From the human T2T-CHM13v2.0 reference genome, Homo sapiens: a stretch of DNA of 64,000 bases. Each line of letters starts with the position of its first letter. Positions within the stretch are counted from its first letter, which is position 1. Both the position numbers and the translations under genes were made by a program. The notes under the pieces were generated by a model. It saw only the letters and a list, made by a program, of their open reading frames with translations, was not told the origin of the DNA and ran no database searches. Positions 13,401 to 27,400 of the stretch are shown here, one piece after another. Location of the stretch: the NCBI RefSeq assembly GCF_009914755.1, contig NC_060925.1, one strand, 5' to 3'.

Positions 13401-16400
13401 AGGAGTTTCTGAGAATCATTCTGTCTAGTTTTTCTACGAAGATATTTCCTTTTCTGCTATTGACCTGAAAGCGGCTGAAATCTCCACTTGCAAATTCCAC
13501 AAAAAGAGTGTTTCAAGTCTGCTCTGTGTAAAGGATCGTTCATCTCTGTGAGTTGAATACACACAACACAAAGAAGTTACTGAGAATTCTTCTGTCTAGC
13601 AGAATAGGAAGAAATCCCGTTTCCAACGAAGGCCTCAAAGAGGTCTGAATATCCACTTGCAGACTTTACAAACAGAGTGTTTCCTAACTGCTCTATGAAA
13701 AGAAAAGTTAAACTCTGTGAGTTGAACGCACACATCACAAAGGAGTTTCTGAGAATCGTTCTGTCTAGTTTCTATAGGAAGATATTTCCTATTCTACCAT
13801 TGACCTCAAAGCGGCTGAAATCTCCACTTGCAAATTCCACAAAAAGAATGTTTCAAGTCTGCTCTGTGTAAAGGATCGTTCAACTCTGTGAGTTGAATAC
13901 ACACAACACAAGGAAGTTACTGAGAATTATTCTGTCTAGCATAATATGAAGAAATCCCGTTTCCAACGAAGGCCTCAAAGAGGTCTGAATATCCACTTGC
14001 AGACTTTACAAACAGAGTGTTTCCTAACTGCTCTATGAAAAGAAAAGTTAAACTCTGTGAGTTGAACGCACACATCACAAAGGAGTTTATGAGAATCATT
14101 CTGTCTAGTCTTTATACGAAGATATTTCCTTTTCTACCATTGACCTCAAAGCGGCTGAAATCTCCACTTGCAAATTCCACAAAAAGAGTGTTTCAAGTCT
14201 GCTCTGTGTAAAGGATCGTTCAACTCTGTGAGTAGAATACACACAACACAAGGAAGTTACTGAGAATTCTTCTGTCTAGCAGAATATGAGGAAATCCCGT
14301 TTCCAACGAAGGCCTCAAGGAGGTCTGAATATCCACTTGCAGACTTTACAAACAGAGTGTTTCCTAACTGCTCTATGAACAGAAAGGTTAAACTCTGTGA
14401 GTTGAACGCACACATCACAAAGGAGTTTCTGAGAATCATTCTGTCTAGTCTTTATACGAAGATATTTACTTTTCTACCATTGACTTCAAACCGGCTGAAA
14501 TCTCCACTTGCAAATTCCACAAAAAGAGTGTTTCAAGTCTGCTCTGTGTAAAGGATCATTCAACTCTGTGAGTTGAATAAACACAACACAAGGAAGTTAC
14601 TGAGAATTATTCTGTCTAGCATAATATGAAGAAATCTGGTTTCCAACGAAGGCCTCAAAGAGGTCTGAATATCCACTTGCAGACTTTACAAACAGAGTGT
14701 TTCCTAACTGCTCTATGAGAAGAAAAGTTAAACTCTGTGAGTTGAACGCACACATCACAAAAGATTTTCTGAGAATCATTCTGTCTAGTCTTTATATGAA
14801 GATAGTTTCCTTTTCTACCATTGACCTCAAAGCGGCTGAAATCTCCACTTGCAAATTCCACAAAAAGAGTGTTTCAAGTCTGCTCTGTGTAAAGGATCGT
14901 TCAACTCTGTGAGTTGAATACACACAACACAAGGAAGTTACTGAGAATTCTTCTGTCTAGCAGAAGATGAAGAAATCCCGTTTCCAACGAAGGCCACAAG
15001 ATGTCAGAATATCCACTTGCAGACTTTACAAACAGAGTGTTTCCTAACTGCTCTATGAACAGAAAGGTTAAACTCTGTGAGTTGAACGAACACATCACAA
15101 CGCAGTTTGTGGGAATGATTCTGTCTAGTTTTGAAACGAAGATATTTCCTTTTCTGCCGTTGACCTTAAAGCGCTTGAAATCTACACTTGCAAATTGCAC
15201 AAATAGAGTGTTTCAAATCTGCTCTGTCTAAGGGAACGTTCAACTCTGTGAGTTGAATGCACACAACACAAGGAAGTTACTGGGAATTCTTCTGTCTAGC
15301 CTTACATGAAAAAACCCGTTTCCAACGAAGGCCTCTAAGTGGTCAAAATATCCACGTGCAGACTTTACAAACAGAGTGTTTCCAAACCGCTGAATGAAAA
15401 GAAAAGTTAAACTCTGAGAGTTGAACGCACACATCACGCAGCAGTTTCTGAGAATGATTCTGTCTAGTTTTTATACGAAGATATTTCCTTTTCTGCCTTT
15501 GGCCCCAAAGCGCTTGAAATCTCCACTTGCAAATTCCACAAAAACAGTGTTTCAAATCTGCTCTCTCTAAATGAAAGTTCAACTCTGTCAGTTGAATACA
15601 CACAACACAAGGAAGTTACTGAGAATTCTTCTGTCTAGCATAATATGAAGAAATCCCGTTTCCAACGAAGGCCTCAAAGGGGTCTGAATATCCACTTGCA
15701 GACTTCATAAACAGAGTGTTTACTAACTGCTCTATGAAAAGAAAGGTTAAACTCTGTGAGTTGAACACACACATCACAAAGGAGTTTCTGAGAATCATTC
15801 TGTCTAGTTTTTCTACAAAGATATTTCCTTTTCTACTATTGACCTGAAAGGGGCTGAAATCTCCACTTGCAAATTCCACAAAAAGAGTGTTTCAAGTCTG
15901 CTCTGTGTAAAGGATCGTTCAACTCTGTGAGTTGAATACACACAACACAAGGAAGTTACTGAGAATTCTTCTGTCTAGCAGAATAGGAAGAAATCCCGTT
16001 TCCAACGAAGGCCTCAAAGAGGTCTGAATATCCACTTGCAGACTTTACAAACAGAGTGTTTCCTAACTGCTCTATGAAAAGAAAAGTTAAACTCTGTGAG
16101 TTGAACGCACACATCACAAAGGAGTTTCTGAGAATCGTTCTGTCTAGTTTCTATAGGAAGATATTTCCTATTCTACCATTGACCTCAAAGCGGCTGAAAT
16201 CTCCACTTGCAAATTCCACAAAAAGAATGTTTCAAGTCTGCTCTGTGTAAAGGATCGTTCAACTCTGTGAGTTGAATACACACAACACAAGGAAGTTACT
16301 GAGAATTATTCTGTCTAGCATAATATGAAGAAATCCCGTTTCCAACGAAGGCCTCAAAGAAGTCTGAATATCCACTTGCAGACTTTACAAACAGAGTGTT

Positions 16401-18695
16401 TCCTAACTGCTCTATGAAAAGAAAAGTTAAACTCTGTGAGTTGAACGCACACATCACAAAGGAGTTTCTGAGAATCATTCTGTCTAGTCTTTATACGAAG
16501 ATATTTCCTTTTCTACCATTGACCTCAAAGCGGCTGAAATCTCCACTTGCAAATTCCACAAAAAGAGTGTTTCAAGTCTGCTCTGTGTAAAGGATCGTTC
16601 AACTCTGTGAGTAGAATACACACAACACAAGGAAGTTACTGAGAATTCTTCTGTCTAGCAGAATATGAAGAAATCCCGTTTCCAACGAAGGCCTCAAAGA
16701 GGTCTGAATATCCACTTGCAGACTTTACAAACAGAGTGTTTCCTAACTGCTCTATGAACAGAAAGGTTAAACTCTGTGAGTTGAACGCACACATCACAAA
16801 GGAGTTTCTGAGAATCATTCTGTCTAGTCTTTATATGAAGATAGTTTCCTTTTCTACCATTGACCTCAAAGCGGCTGAAATCTCCACTTGCAAATTCCAC
16901 AAAAAGAGTGTTTCAAGTCTGCTCTGTGTAAAGGATCGTTCAACTCTGTGAGTTGAATACACAGAACACAAGGAAGTTACTGAGAATTCTTCTGTCTAGC
17001 AGAAGATGAAGAAATCCCGTTTCCAACGAAGGCCTCAAGATGTCAGAATATCCACTTGCAGACTTTACAAACAGAGTGTTTCCTAACTGCTTTATGAACA
17101 GAAAGGTTAAACTCTGTGAGTTGAACGAACACATCACAACGCAGTTTGTGGGAATGATTCTGTCTAGTTTTGAAACGAAGATATTTCCTTTTCTGCCGTT
17201 GACCTTAAAGAGCTTGAAAACTACACTTGCAAATTGCACAAATAGAGTGTTTCAAATCTGCTCTGTCTAAGGGAACGTTCAACTCTGTGAGTTGAATGCA
17301 CACAACACAAGGAAGTTACTGGGAATTCTTCTGTCTAGCCTTACATGAAAAAAACCCGTTTCCAGCGAAGGCCTCTAAGTGGTCAAAATATCCACGTGCA
17401 GACTTTACAAACAGAGTGTTTCCAAACCGCTGAATGAAAAGAAAAGTTAAACTCTGAGAGTTCAACGCACACATCACGCAGCAGTTTCTGAGAATGATTC
17501 TGTCTAGTTTTTATACGAAGATATTTCCTTTTCTGCCTTTGGCCCCAAAGCGCTTGAAATCTCCACTTGCAAATTCCACAAAAACAGTGTTTCAAATCTG
17601 CTCTCTCTAAATGAAAGTTCAACTCTGTCAGTTGAATACACACAACACAAGGAAGTTACTGAGAATTCTTCTGTCTAGCATAATATGAAGAAATCCCGTT
17701 TCCAACGAAGGCCTCAAAGGGGTCTGAATATCCACTTGCAGACTTCATAAACAGAGTGTTTACTAACTGCTCTATGAAAAGAAAAGTTAAACTCTGTGAG
17801 TTGAACGCACACATCACAAAGGAGTTTATGAGAATCATTCTGTCTAGTCTTTATACGAAGATATTTCCTTTTCTACCATTGACCTCAAAGCGGCTGAAAT
17901 CTCCACTTTCAAATTCCACAAAAAGAGTGTTTCAAGTCTTCTCTGTGTAAAGGATCGTTCAACTCTGTGAGTAGAATACACACAACACAAGGAAGTTACT
18001 GAGAATTCTTCTGTCTAGCAGAATATGAAGAAATCCCGTTTCCAACGAAGGCCTCAAGGAGGTCTGAATATCCACTTGCAGACTTTACAAACAGAGTGTT
18101 TCCTAACTGCTCTATGAAAAGAAAGGTTAAACTCTGTGAGTTGAACGCACACATCACAAAGGAGTTTATTAGAATCATTCTGTCTAGTTTCTATAAGAAG
18201 ATATTTCCTATTCTACCATTGACCTCAAAGCGGCTGAAATCTCCACTTGCAAATTCCACAAAAAGAGTGTTTCAAGCCTGCTCTCTGTAAAGGATCCTTC
18301 AACTCTGTGAGTTGAATACACACAACACAAGGAAGTTACTGAGAATTATTCTGTCTAGCATAATATGAAGAAATCCCGTTTCCAACGAAGGCCTCAAAGA
18401 GGTCTGAATATCCACTTGCAGACTTTACAAACAGAGTGTTTCCTAACTGCTCTATGAGAAGAAAAGTTAAACTCTGTGAGTTGAACGCACACATCACAAA
18501 AGATTTTCTGAGAATCATTCTGTCTAGTCTTTATATGAAGATAGTTTCCTTTTCTACCATTGACCTCAAAGCGGCTGAAATCTCCACTTGCAAATTCCAC
18601 AAAAAGAGTGTTTCAAGTCTGCTCTGTGTAAAGGATCGTTCAACTCTGTGAGTTGAATACACACAACACAAGGAAGTTACTGAGAATTCTTCTGT

Positions 18696-21414
18696 CTAGC
18701 AGAATATGAAGAAATCCCGTTTCCAACGAAGGCCACAAGATGTCAGAATATCCACTTGCAGACTTTACAAACAGAGTGTTTCCTAACTGCTCTATGAACA
18801 GAAAGGTTAAACTCTGTGAGTTGAACGAACACATCACAACGCAGTTTGTGGGAATGATTCTGTCTAGTTTTGAAACGAAGATATTTCCTTTTCTGCCGTT
18901 GACCTTAAAGCGCTTGAAATCTACACTTGCAAATTGCACAAATAGAGTGTTTCAAATCTGCTCTGTCTAAGGGAACGTTCAACTCTGTGAGTTGAATGCA
19001 CACAACACAAGGAAGTTACTGGGAATTCTTCTGTCTAGCCTTACATGAAAAAACCCGTTTCCAACGAAGGCCTCTAAGTGGTCAAAATATCCACGTGCAG
19101 ACTTTACAAACAGAGTGTTTCCAAACCGCTGAATGAAAAGAAAAGTTAAGCTCTGAGAGTTGAACGCACACATCACGCAGCAGTTTCTGAGAATGATTCT
19201 GTCTAGTTTTTATACGAAGATATTTCCTTTTCTGCCTTTGGCCCCAAAGCGCTTGAAATCTCCACTTGCAAATTCCACAAAAACAGTGTTTCAAATCTGC
19301 TCTCTCTAAATGAAAGTTCAACTCTGTCAGTTGAATACACACAACACAAGGAAGTTACTGAGAATTCTTCTGTCTAGCATAATATGAAGAAATCCCGTTT
19401 CCAACGAAGGCCTCAAAGGGGTCTGAATATCCACTTGCAGACTTTATAAACAGAGTGTTTACTAACTGCTCTATGAAAAGAAAGGTTAAACTCTGTGAGT
19501 TGAACACACACATCACAAAGGAGTTTCTGAGAATCATTCTGTCTAGTTTTTCTACGAAGATATTTCCTTTTCTACTATTGACCTGAAAGCGGCTGAAATC
19601 TCCACTTGCAAATTCCACAAAAAGAGTGTTTCAAGTCTGCTCTGTGTAAAGGATCGTTCAACTCTGTGAATTGAATACACACAACACAAGGAAGTTACTG
19701 AGAATTCTTCTGTCTAGCAGAATAGGAAGAAATCCCGTTTCCAACGAAGGCCTCAAAGAGGTCGGAATATCCACTTGCAGACTTTACAAACAGAGTGTTT
19801 CCTAACTGTTCTATGAAAAGAAAAGTTAAACTCTGTGAGTTGAACGCACACATCACAAAGGCGTTTCTGAGAATCGTTCTGTCTAGTTTCTATAGGAAGA
19901 TATTTCCTATTCTACCATTGACCTCAAAGCGGCTGAAATCTCCACTTGCAAATTCCACAAAAAGAATGTTTCAAGTCTGCTCTGTGTAAAGGATCGTTCA
20001 ACTCTGTGAGTTGAATACACACAACACAAGGAAGTTACTGAGAATTATTCTGTCTAGCATAATATGAAGAAATCCCGTTTCCAACGAAGGCCTCAAAGAG
20101 GTCTCAATATCCACTTGCACACTTTACAAACAGAGTGTTTCCTAACTGCTCTATGAAAAGAAAAGTTAAACTCTGTGAGTTGAACGCACACATCACAAAG
20201 GAGTTTATGAGAATCATTCTGTCTAGTCTTTATACGAAGATATTTCCTTTTCTACCATTGATCTCAAAGCGGCTGAAATCTCCACTTGCAAATTCCACAA
20301 AAAGAGTGTTTCAAGTCTGCTCTGTGTAAAGGATCGTTCAACTCTGTGAGTAGAATACACACAACACAAGGAAGTTACTGAGAATTCTTCTGTCTAGCAG
20401 AATATGAAGAAATCCCGTTTCCAATGAAGACCTCAAGGAGGTCTGAATATCCCCTTGCAGACTTTACAAACAGAGTGTTTCCTAACTGCTCTATGAACAG
20501 AAAGGTTAAACTCTGTGAGTTGAACGCACACATCACAAAGGAGTTTCTGAGAATCATTCTGTCTAGTCTTTATACGAAGATATTTTCTTTTCTACCATTG
20601 ACTTCAAAGCGGCTGAAATCTCCACTTTCAAATTCCACAAAAAGAGTGTTTCAAGTCTGCTCTGTGTAAAGGATCATTCAACTCTGTGAGTTGAATAAAC
20701 ACAACACAAGGAAGTTACTGAGAATTCTTCTGTCTAGCAGAATATGAAGAAATCCCGTTTCCAACGAAGGCCTCAAGGAGGTCTGAATATCCACTTGCAG
20801 ACTTTACAAACAGAGTGTTTCCTAACTGCTCTATGAAAAGAAAGGTTAAACTCTGTGAGTTGAACGCACACATCACAAAGGAGTTTATGAGAATCATTCT
20901 GTCTAGTTTCTATAAGAAGATATTTCCTATTCTACCATTGACCTCAAAGCGGCTGAAATCTCCACTTGCAAATTCGACAAAAAGAGTGTTTCAAGCCTGC
21001 TCTCTGTAAAGGATCCTTCAACTCTGTGAGTTGAATACACACAACACAAGGAAGTTACTGAGAATTATTCTGTCTAGCATAATATGAAGAAATCCCGTTT
21101 CCAACGAAGGCCTCAAAGAGGTCTGAATATCCACTTGCAGACTTTACAAACAGAGTGTTTCCTAACTGCTCTATGAGAAGAAAAGTTAAACTCTGTGAGT
21201 TGAACGCACACATCACAAAAGATTTTCTGAGAATCATTCTGTCTAGTCTTTATATGAAGATAGTATCCTTTTCTACCATTGACCTCAAAGCGGCTGAAAT
21301 CTCCACTTGCAAATTCCACAAAAAGAGTGTTTCAAGTCTGCTCTGTGTAAAGGATCGTTCAACTCTGTGAGTTGAATACAAACAACACAAGGAAGTTACT
21401 GAGAATTCTTCTGT
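18696..21414 (-). repeat. Complete 16-monomer HOR unit A-H, 2719 bp
   Basis: Same ordered dimer diagnostics; A-type ORF starts at 18740 and 21459 are 2719 bp apart. Confidence 0.9.
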
Positions 21415-24400
21415 CTAGCAGAATATGAAGAAATCCCGTTTCCAACGAAGGCCACAAGATGTCAGAATATCCACTTGCAGACTTTACAAACAGAGTGTTT
21501 CCTAACTGCTCTATGAACAGAAAGGTTAAACTCTGTGAGTTGAACGAACTCATCACAACGCAGTTTGTGGGAATGATTCTGTCTAGTTTTGAAACGAAGA
21601 TATTTCCTTTTCTGCCGTTGACCTTAAAGCGCTTGAAATCTACACTTGCAAATTGCACAAATAGAGTGTTTCAAATCTGCTCTGTCTAAGGGAACGTTCA
21701 ACTCTGTGAGTTGAATGCACACAACACAAGGAAGTTACTGGGAATTCTTCTGTCTAGCCTTACATGAAAAAACCCGTTTCCAACGAAGGCCTCTAAGTGG
21801 TCAAAATATTCACGTGCAGACTTTACAAACAGAGTGTTTCCAAACCGCTGAATGAAGAGAAAAGTTAAACTCTGAGAGTTGAACGCACACATCACGCAGC
21901 AGTTTCTGAGAATGATTCTGTCTAGTTTTTATACGAAGATATTTCCTTTTCTGCCTTTGGCCCCAAAGCGCTTGAAATCTCCACTTGCAAATTCCACAAA
22001 AACAGTGTTTCAAATCTGCTCTCTCTAAATGAAAGTTCAACTCTGTCAGTTGAATACACACAACACAAGGAAGTTAATGAGAATTCTTCTGTCTAGCATA
22101 ATATGAAGAAATCCCGTTTCCAACGAAGGCCTCAAAGGGGTCTGAATATCCACTTGCAGACTTCATAAACAGAGTGTTTACTAACTGCTCTATGAAAAGA
22201 AAGGTTAAACTCTGTGAGTTGAACACACACATCACAAAGGAGTTTCTGAGAATCATTCTGTCTAGTTTTTCTACGAAGATATTTCCTTTTCTACTATTGA
22301 CCTCAAAGCGGCTGAAATCTCCACTTGCAAATTCCACAAAAAGAGTGTTTCAAGTCTGCTCTGTGTAAAGGATCGTTCAACTCTGTGAGTTGAATACACA
22401 CAACACAAGGAAGTTACTGAGAATTCTTCTGTCTAGCAGAATATGAAGAAATCCCGTTTCCAACGAAGGCCTCAAGGAGGTCTGAATATCCACTTGCAGA
22501 CTTTACAAACAGAGTGTTTCCTAACTGCTCTATGAAAAGAAAGGTTAAACTCTGTGAGTTGGACGCACACATCACAAAGGAGTTTATGAGAATCATTCTG
22601 TCTAGTTTCTATAAGAAGATATTTCCTCTTCTACCATTGACCTCAAAGCGGCTGAAATCTCCATTTGCAAATTCGACAAAAAGAGTGTTTCAAGCCTGCT
22701 CTCTGTAAAGGATCCTTCAACTCTGTGAGTTGAATACACACAACACAAGGAAGTTACTGAGAATTCTTCTGTCTAGCAGAATATGAAGAAATCCCGTTTC
22801 CAACGAAGGCCTCAAAGAGGTATGCATATCCACTTGCAGACTTTACAAACAGAGTGTTTCCTAACTGCTCTATGAGAAGAAAAGTTAAACTCTGTGAGTT
22901 GAACGCACACATCACAAAAGATTTTCTGAGAATCATTCTGTCTAGTCTTTATATGAAGATAGTTTCCTTTTCTACCATTGACCTCAAAGCGGCTGAAATC
23001 TCCACTTGCAAATTCCACAAAAAGAGTGTTTCAAGTCTGCTCTGTGTAAAGGATCGTTCAACTCTGTGAGTTGAATACACACAACACAAGGAAGTTACTG
23101 AGAATTCTTCTGTCTAGCAGAATATGAAGAAATCCCGTTTCCAACGAAGGCCACAAGATGTCAGAATATCCACTTACAGACTTTACAAACAGAGTGTTTC
23201 CTAACTGCTCTATGAACAGAAAGGTTAAACTCTGTGAGTTGAACGAACACATCACAACGCAGTTTGTGGGAATGATTCTGTCTAGTTTTGAAACGAAGAT
23301 ATTTCCTTTTCTGCCGTTGACCTTAAAGAGCTTGAAAACTACACTTGCAAATTGCACAAATAGAGTGTTTCAAATCTGCTCTGTCTAAGGGAACGTTCAA
23401 CTCTGTGAGTTGAATGCACACAACACAAGGAAGTTACTGGGAATTCTTCTGTCTAGCCTTACATGAAAAAAACCCGTTTCCAACGAAGGCCTCTAAGTGG
23501 TCAAAATTTCCACGTGCAGACTTTACAAACAGAGTGTTTCCAAACCGCTGAATGAAAAGAAAAGTTAAACTCTGAGAGTTGAAAGCACACATCACGCAGC
23601 AGTTTCTGAGAATGATTCTGTCTAGTTTTTATACGAAGATATTTCCTTTTCTGCCTTTGGCCCCAAACCGCTTGAAATCTCCACTTGCAAATTCCACAAA
23701 AACAGTGTTTCAAATCTGCTCTCTCTAAATGAAAGTTCAACTCTGTCAGTTGAATACACACAACACAAGGAAGTTACTGAGAATTCTTCTGTCTAGCATA
23801 ATATGAAGAAATCCCGTTTCCAACGAAGGCCTCAAAGGGGTCTGAATATCCACTTGCAGACTTTATAAACAGAGTGTTTACTAACTGCTCTATGAAAAGA
23901 AAGGTTAAACTCTGTGAGTTGAACACACACATCACAAAGGAGTTTCTGAGAATCATTCTGTCTAGTTTTTCTACGAAGATATTTCCTTTTCTACTATTGA
24001 CCTCAAAGCGGCTGAAATCTCCACTTGCAAATTCCACAAAAAGAGTGTTTCAAGTCTGCTCTGTGTAAAGGATCGTTCAACTCTGTGAGTTGAATACACA
24101 CAACACAAGGAAGTTACTGAGAATTCTTCTGTCTAGCAGAATAGGAAGAAATCCCGTTTCCAACGAAGGCCTCAAAGAGGTCTGAATATCCACTTGCAGA
24201 CTTTACAAACAAAGTGTTTCCTAACTGCTCTATGAAAAGAAAGGTTAAACTCTGTGAGTTGAACGCACACATCACAAAGGAGTTTCTGAGAATCGTTCTG
24301 TCTAGTTTCTATAGGAAGATATTTCCTATTCTACCATTGACCTCAAAGCGGCTGAAATCTCCACTTGCAAATTCCACAAAAAGAATGTTTCAAGTCTGCT

Positions 24401-27400
24401 CTGTGTAAAGGATCGTTCAACTCTGTGAGTTGAATACACACAACACAAGGAAGTTACTGAGAATTATTCTGTCTAGCAGAATATGAAGAAATCCCGTTTC
24501 CAACGAAGGCCTCAAAGAGGTCTGAATATCCACTTGCAGACTTTACAAACAGAGTGTTTCCTAACTGCTCTATGAAAAGAAAAGTTAAACTCTGTGAGTT
24601 GAACGCACACATCACAAAGGAGTTTCTGAGGATCATTCTGTCTAGTCTTTATACGAAGATATTTCCTTTTCTACCATTGACCTCAAAGCGGCTGAAATCT
24701 CCACTTGCAAATTCCACAAAAAGAGTGTTTCAAGTCTGCTCTGTGTAAAGGATCGTACAACTCTGTGAGTTGAATACACACAACACAAGGAAGTTACTGA
24801 GAATTCTTCTGTCTAGCAGAATATGAAGAAATCCCGTTTCCAACGAAGGCCTCAAGGAGGTCTGAATATCCACTTGCAGACTGTACAAACAGAGTGTTTC
24901 CTAACTGCTCTATGAACAGAAAGGTTAAACTCTGTGAGTTGAACGAACACATCACAACGCAGTTTGTGGGAATGATTCTGTCTAGTTTTGAAACGAAGAA
25001 ATTTCCTTTTCTGCCATTGACCTTAAAGCGCTTGAAATCTACACTTGCAAATTGCACAAATAGAGTGCTTCAAATCTGCTCTGTCTAAGGGAACGTTCAA
25101 CTCTGTGAGTTGAATGCACACAACACAAGGAAGTTACTGGGAATTCTTCTGTCTAGCCTTACATGAAGAAAACCCGTTTCCAACGAAGGCCTCTAAGTGG
25201 TCAAAATATCCACGTGCAGACTTTACAAAGAGAGTGTTTCCAAACCGATGAATGAAAAGAAAAGTTAAACTCTGAGAGTTGAACGCACACATCACGCAGC
25301 AGTTTCTGAGAATGATTCTGTCTAGTTTTTATACGAAGATATTTCCTTTTCTGCCTTTGGCCCCAAAGCGCTTGAAATCTCCTCTTGCAAATTCCACAAA
25401 AACAGTGTTTCAAATCTGCTCTCTCTAAATGAAAGTTCAACTCTGTCAGTTGAATACACACAACACAAGGAAGTTACTGAGAATTCTTCTGTCTAGCATA
25501 ATATGAAGAAATCCCGTTTCCAACGAAGGCCTCAAAGGGGTCTGAATATCCACTTGCAGACTTTATAAACAGAGTGTTTACTAACTGCTCTATGAAAAGA
25601 AAGGTTAAACTCTGTGAGTTGAACACACACATCACAAAGGAGTTTCTGAGAATCATTCTGTCTAGTTTTTCTACGAAGATATTTCCTTTTCTACTATTGA
25701 CCTCAAAGCGGCTGAAATCTCCACTTGCAAATTCCACAAAAAGAGTGTTTCAAGTCTGCTCTGTGTAAAGGATCGTTCAACTCTGTGAGTTGAATACACA
25801 CAACACAAGGAAGTTACTGAGAATTCTTCTGTCTAGCAGAATAGGAAGAAATCCCGTTTCCAACGAAGGCCTCAAAGAGGTCTGAATATCCACTTGCAGA
25901 CTTTACAAACAGAGTGTTTCCTAACTGCTCTATGAAAAGAAAGGTTAAACTCTGTGAGTTGAACGCACACATCACAAAGGAGTTTCTGAGAATCGTTCTG
26001 TCTAGTTTCTATAGGAAGATATTTCCTATTCTACCATTGACCTCAAAGCGGCTGAAATCTCCACTTGCAAATTCCACAAAAAGAATGTTTCAAGTCTGCT
26101 CTGTGTAAAGGATCGTTCAACTCTGTGAGTTGACTACACACAACACAAGGAAGTTACTGAGAATTCTTCTGTCTAGCATAATATGAAGAAATCCCGTTTC
26201 CAACGAAGGCCTCAAAGAGGTCTGAATATCCACTTGCAGACTTTACAAACAGAGTGTTTCCTAACTGCTCTATGAAAAGAAAAGTTAAACTCTTTGAGTT
26301 GAACGCACACATCACAAAGGAGTTTCTGAGAATCATTCTGTCTAGTCTTTATACGAAGATATTTCCTTTTCTACCATTGACCTCAAAGCGGCTGAAATCT
26401 CCACTTGCAAATTCCACAAAAAGAGTGTTTCAAGTCTGCTCTGTGTAAAGGATCGTTCAACTCTGTGAGTTGAATACACACAACACAAGGAAGTTACTGA
26501 GAATTCTTCTGTCTAGCAGAATATGAAGAAATCCCGTTTCCAACGAAGGCCTCAAGGAGGTCTGAATATCCACTTGCAGACTTTACAAACAGAGTGTTTC
26601 CTAACTGCTCTATGAAAAGAAAGGTTTAACTCTGTGAGTTGAACGCACACATCACAAAGGAGTTTCTGAGAATCATTCTGTCTCGTCTTTATACGAAGAT
26701 ATTTACTTTTCTACCATTGACCTCAAAGAGGCTGAAATCTCCACTTTCAAATTCGAGAAGAAGAGTGTTTCAAGCCTGCTCTCTGTAAAGGATCCTTCAA
26801 ATCTGTGAGTTGAATACACACAACACAAGGAAGTTACTGAGAATTATTCTGTCTAGCAGAATATGAAGAAATCCCGTTTCCAACGAAGGCATCAAAGAGG
26901 TCTGAATATCCACTTGCAGACTTTACAAACAGAGTGTTTCCTAACTGCTCTATGAGAAGAAAAGTTAAACTCTGTGAGTTGAACGCACACATCACAAAAG
27001 ATTTTCTGAGAATCATTCTGTCTAGTCTTTATATGAAGATAGTTTCCTTTTCTACCATTGACCTCAAAGCGGCTGAAATCTCCACTTGCAAATTCCACAA
27101 AAAGAGTGTTTCAAGTCTGCTCTGTGTAAAGGATCGTTCAACTCTGTGAGTTGAATACACACAACACAAGGAAGTTACTGAGAATTCTTCTGTCTAGCAG
27201 AATATGAAGAAATCCCGTTTCCAACGAAGGCCACAAGATGTCAGAATATCCACTTGCAGACTTTACAAACAGAGTGTTTCCTAACTGCTCTATGAACAGA
27301 AAGGTTAAACTCTGTGAGTTGAACGAACACATCACAACGCAGTTTGTGGGAATGATTCTGTCTAGTTTTGAAACGAAGATATTTCCTTTTCTGCCGTTGA

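Noticed and set aside
17354-17370. CENP-B box variants CCAGCGAAG (also 29251) and CCAACGAAA (~59520), and the ACCCG end in B dimers
   Set aside because: These changes fall outside the nine essential bases (TTCG, A, CGGG), so I did not count them as broken.
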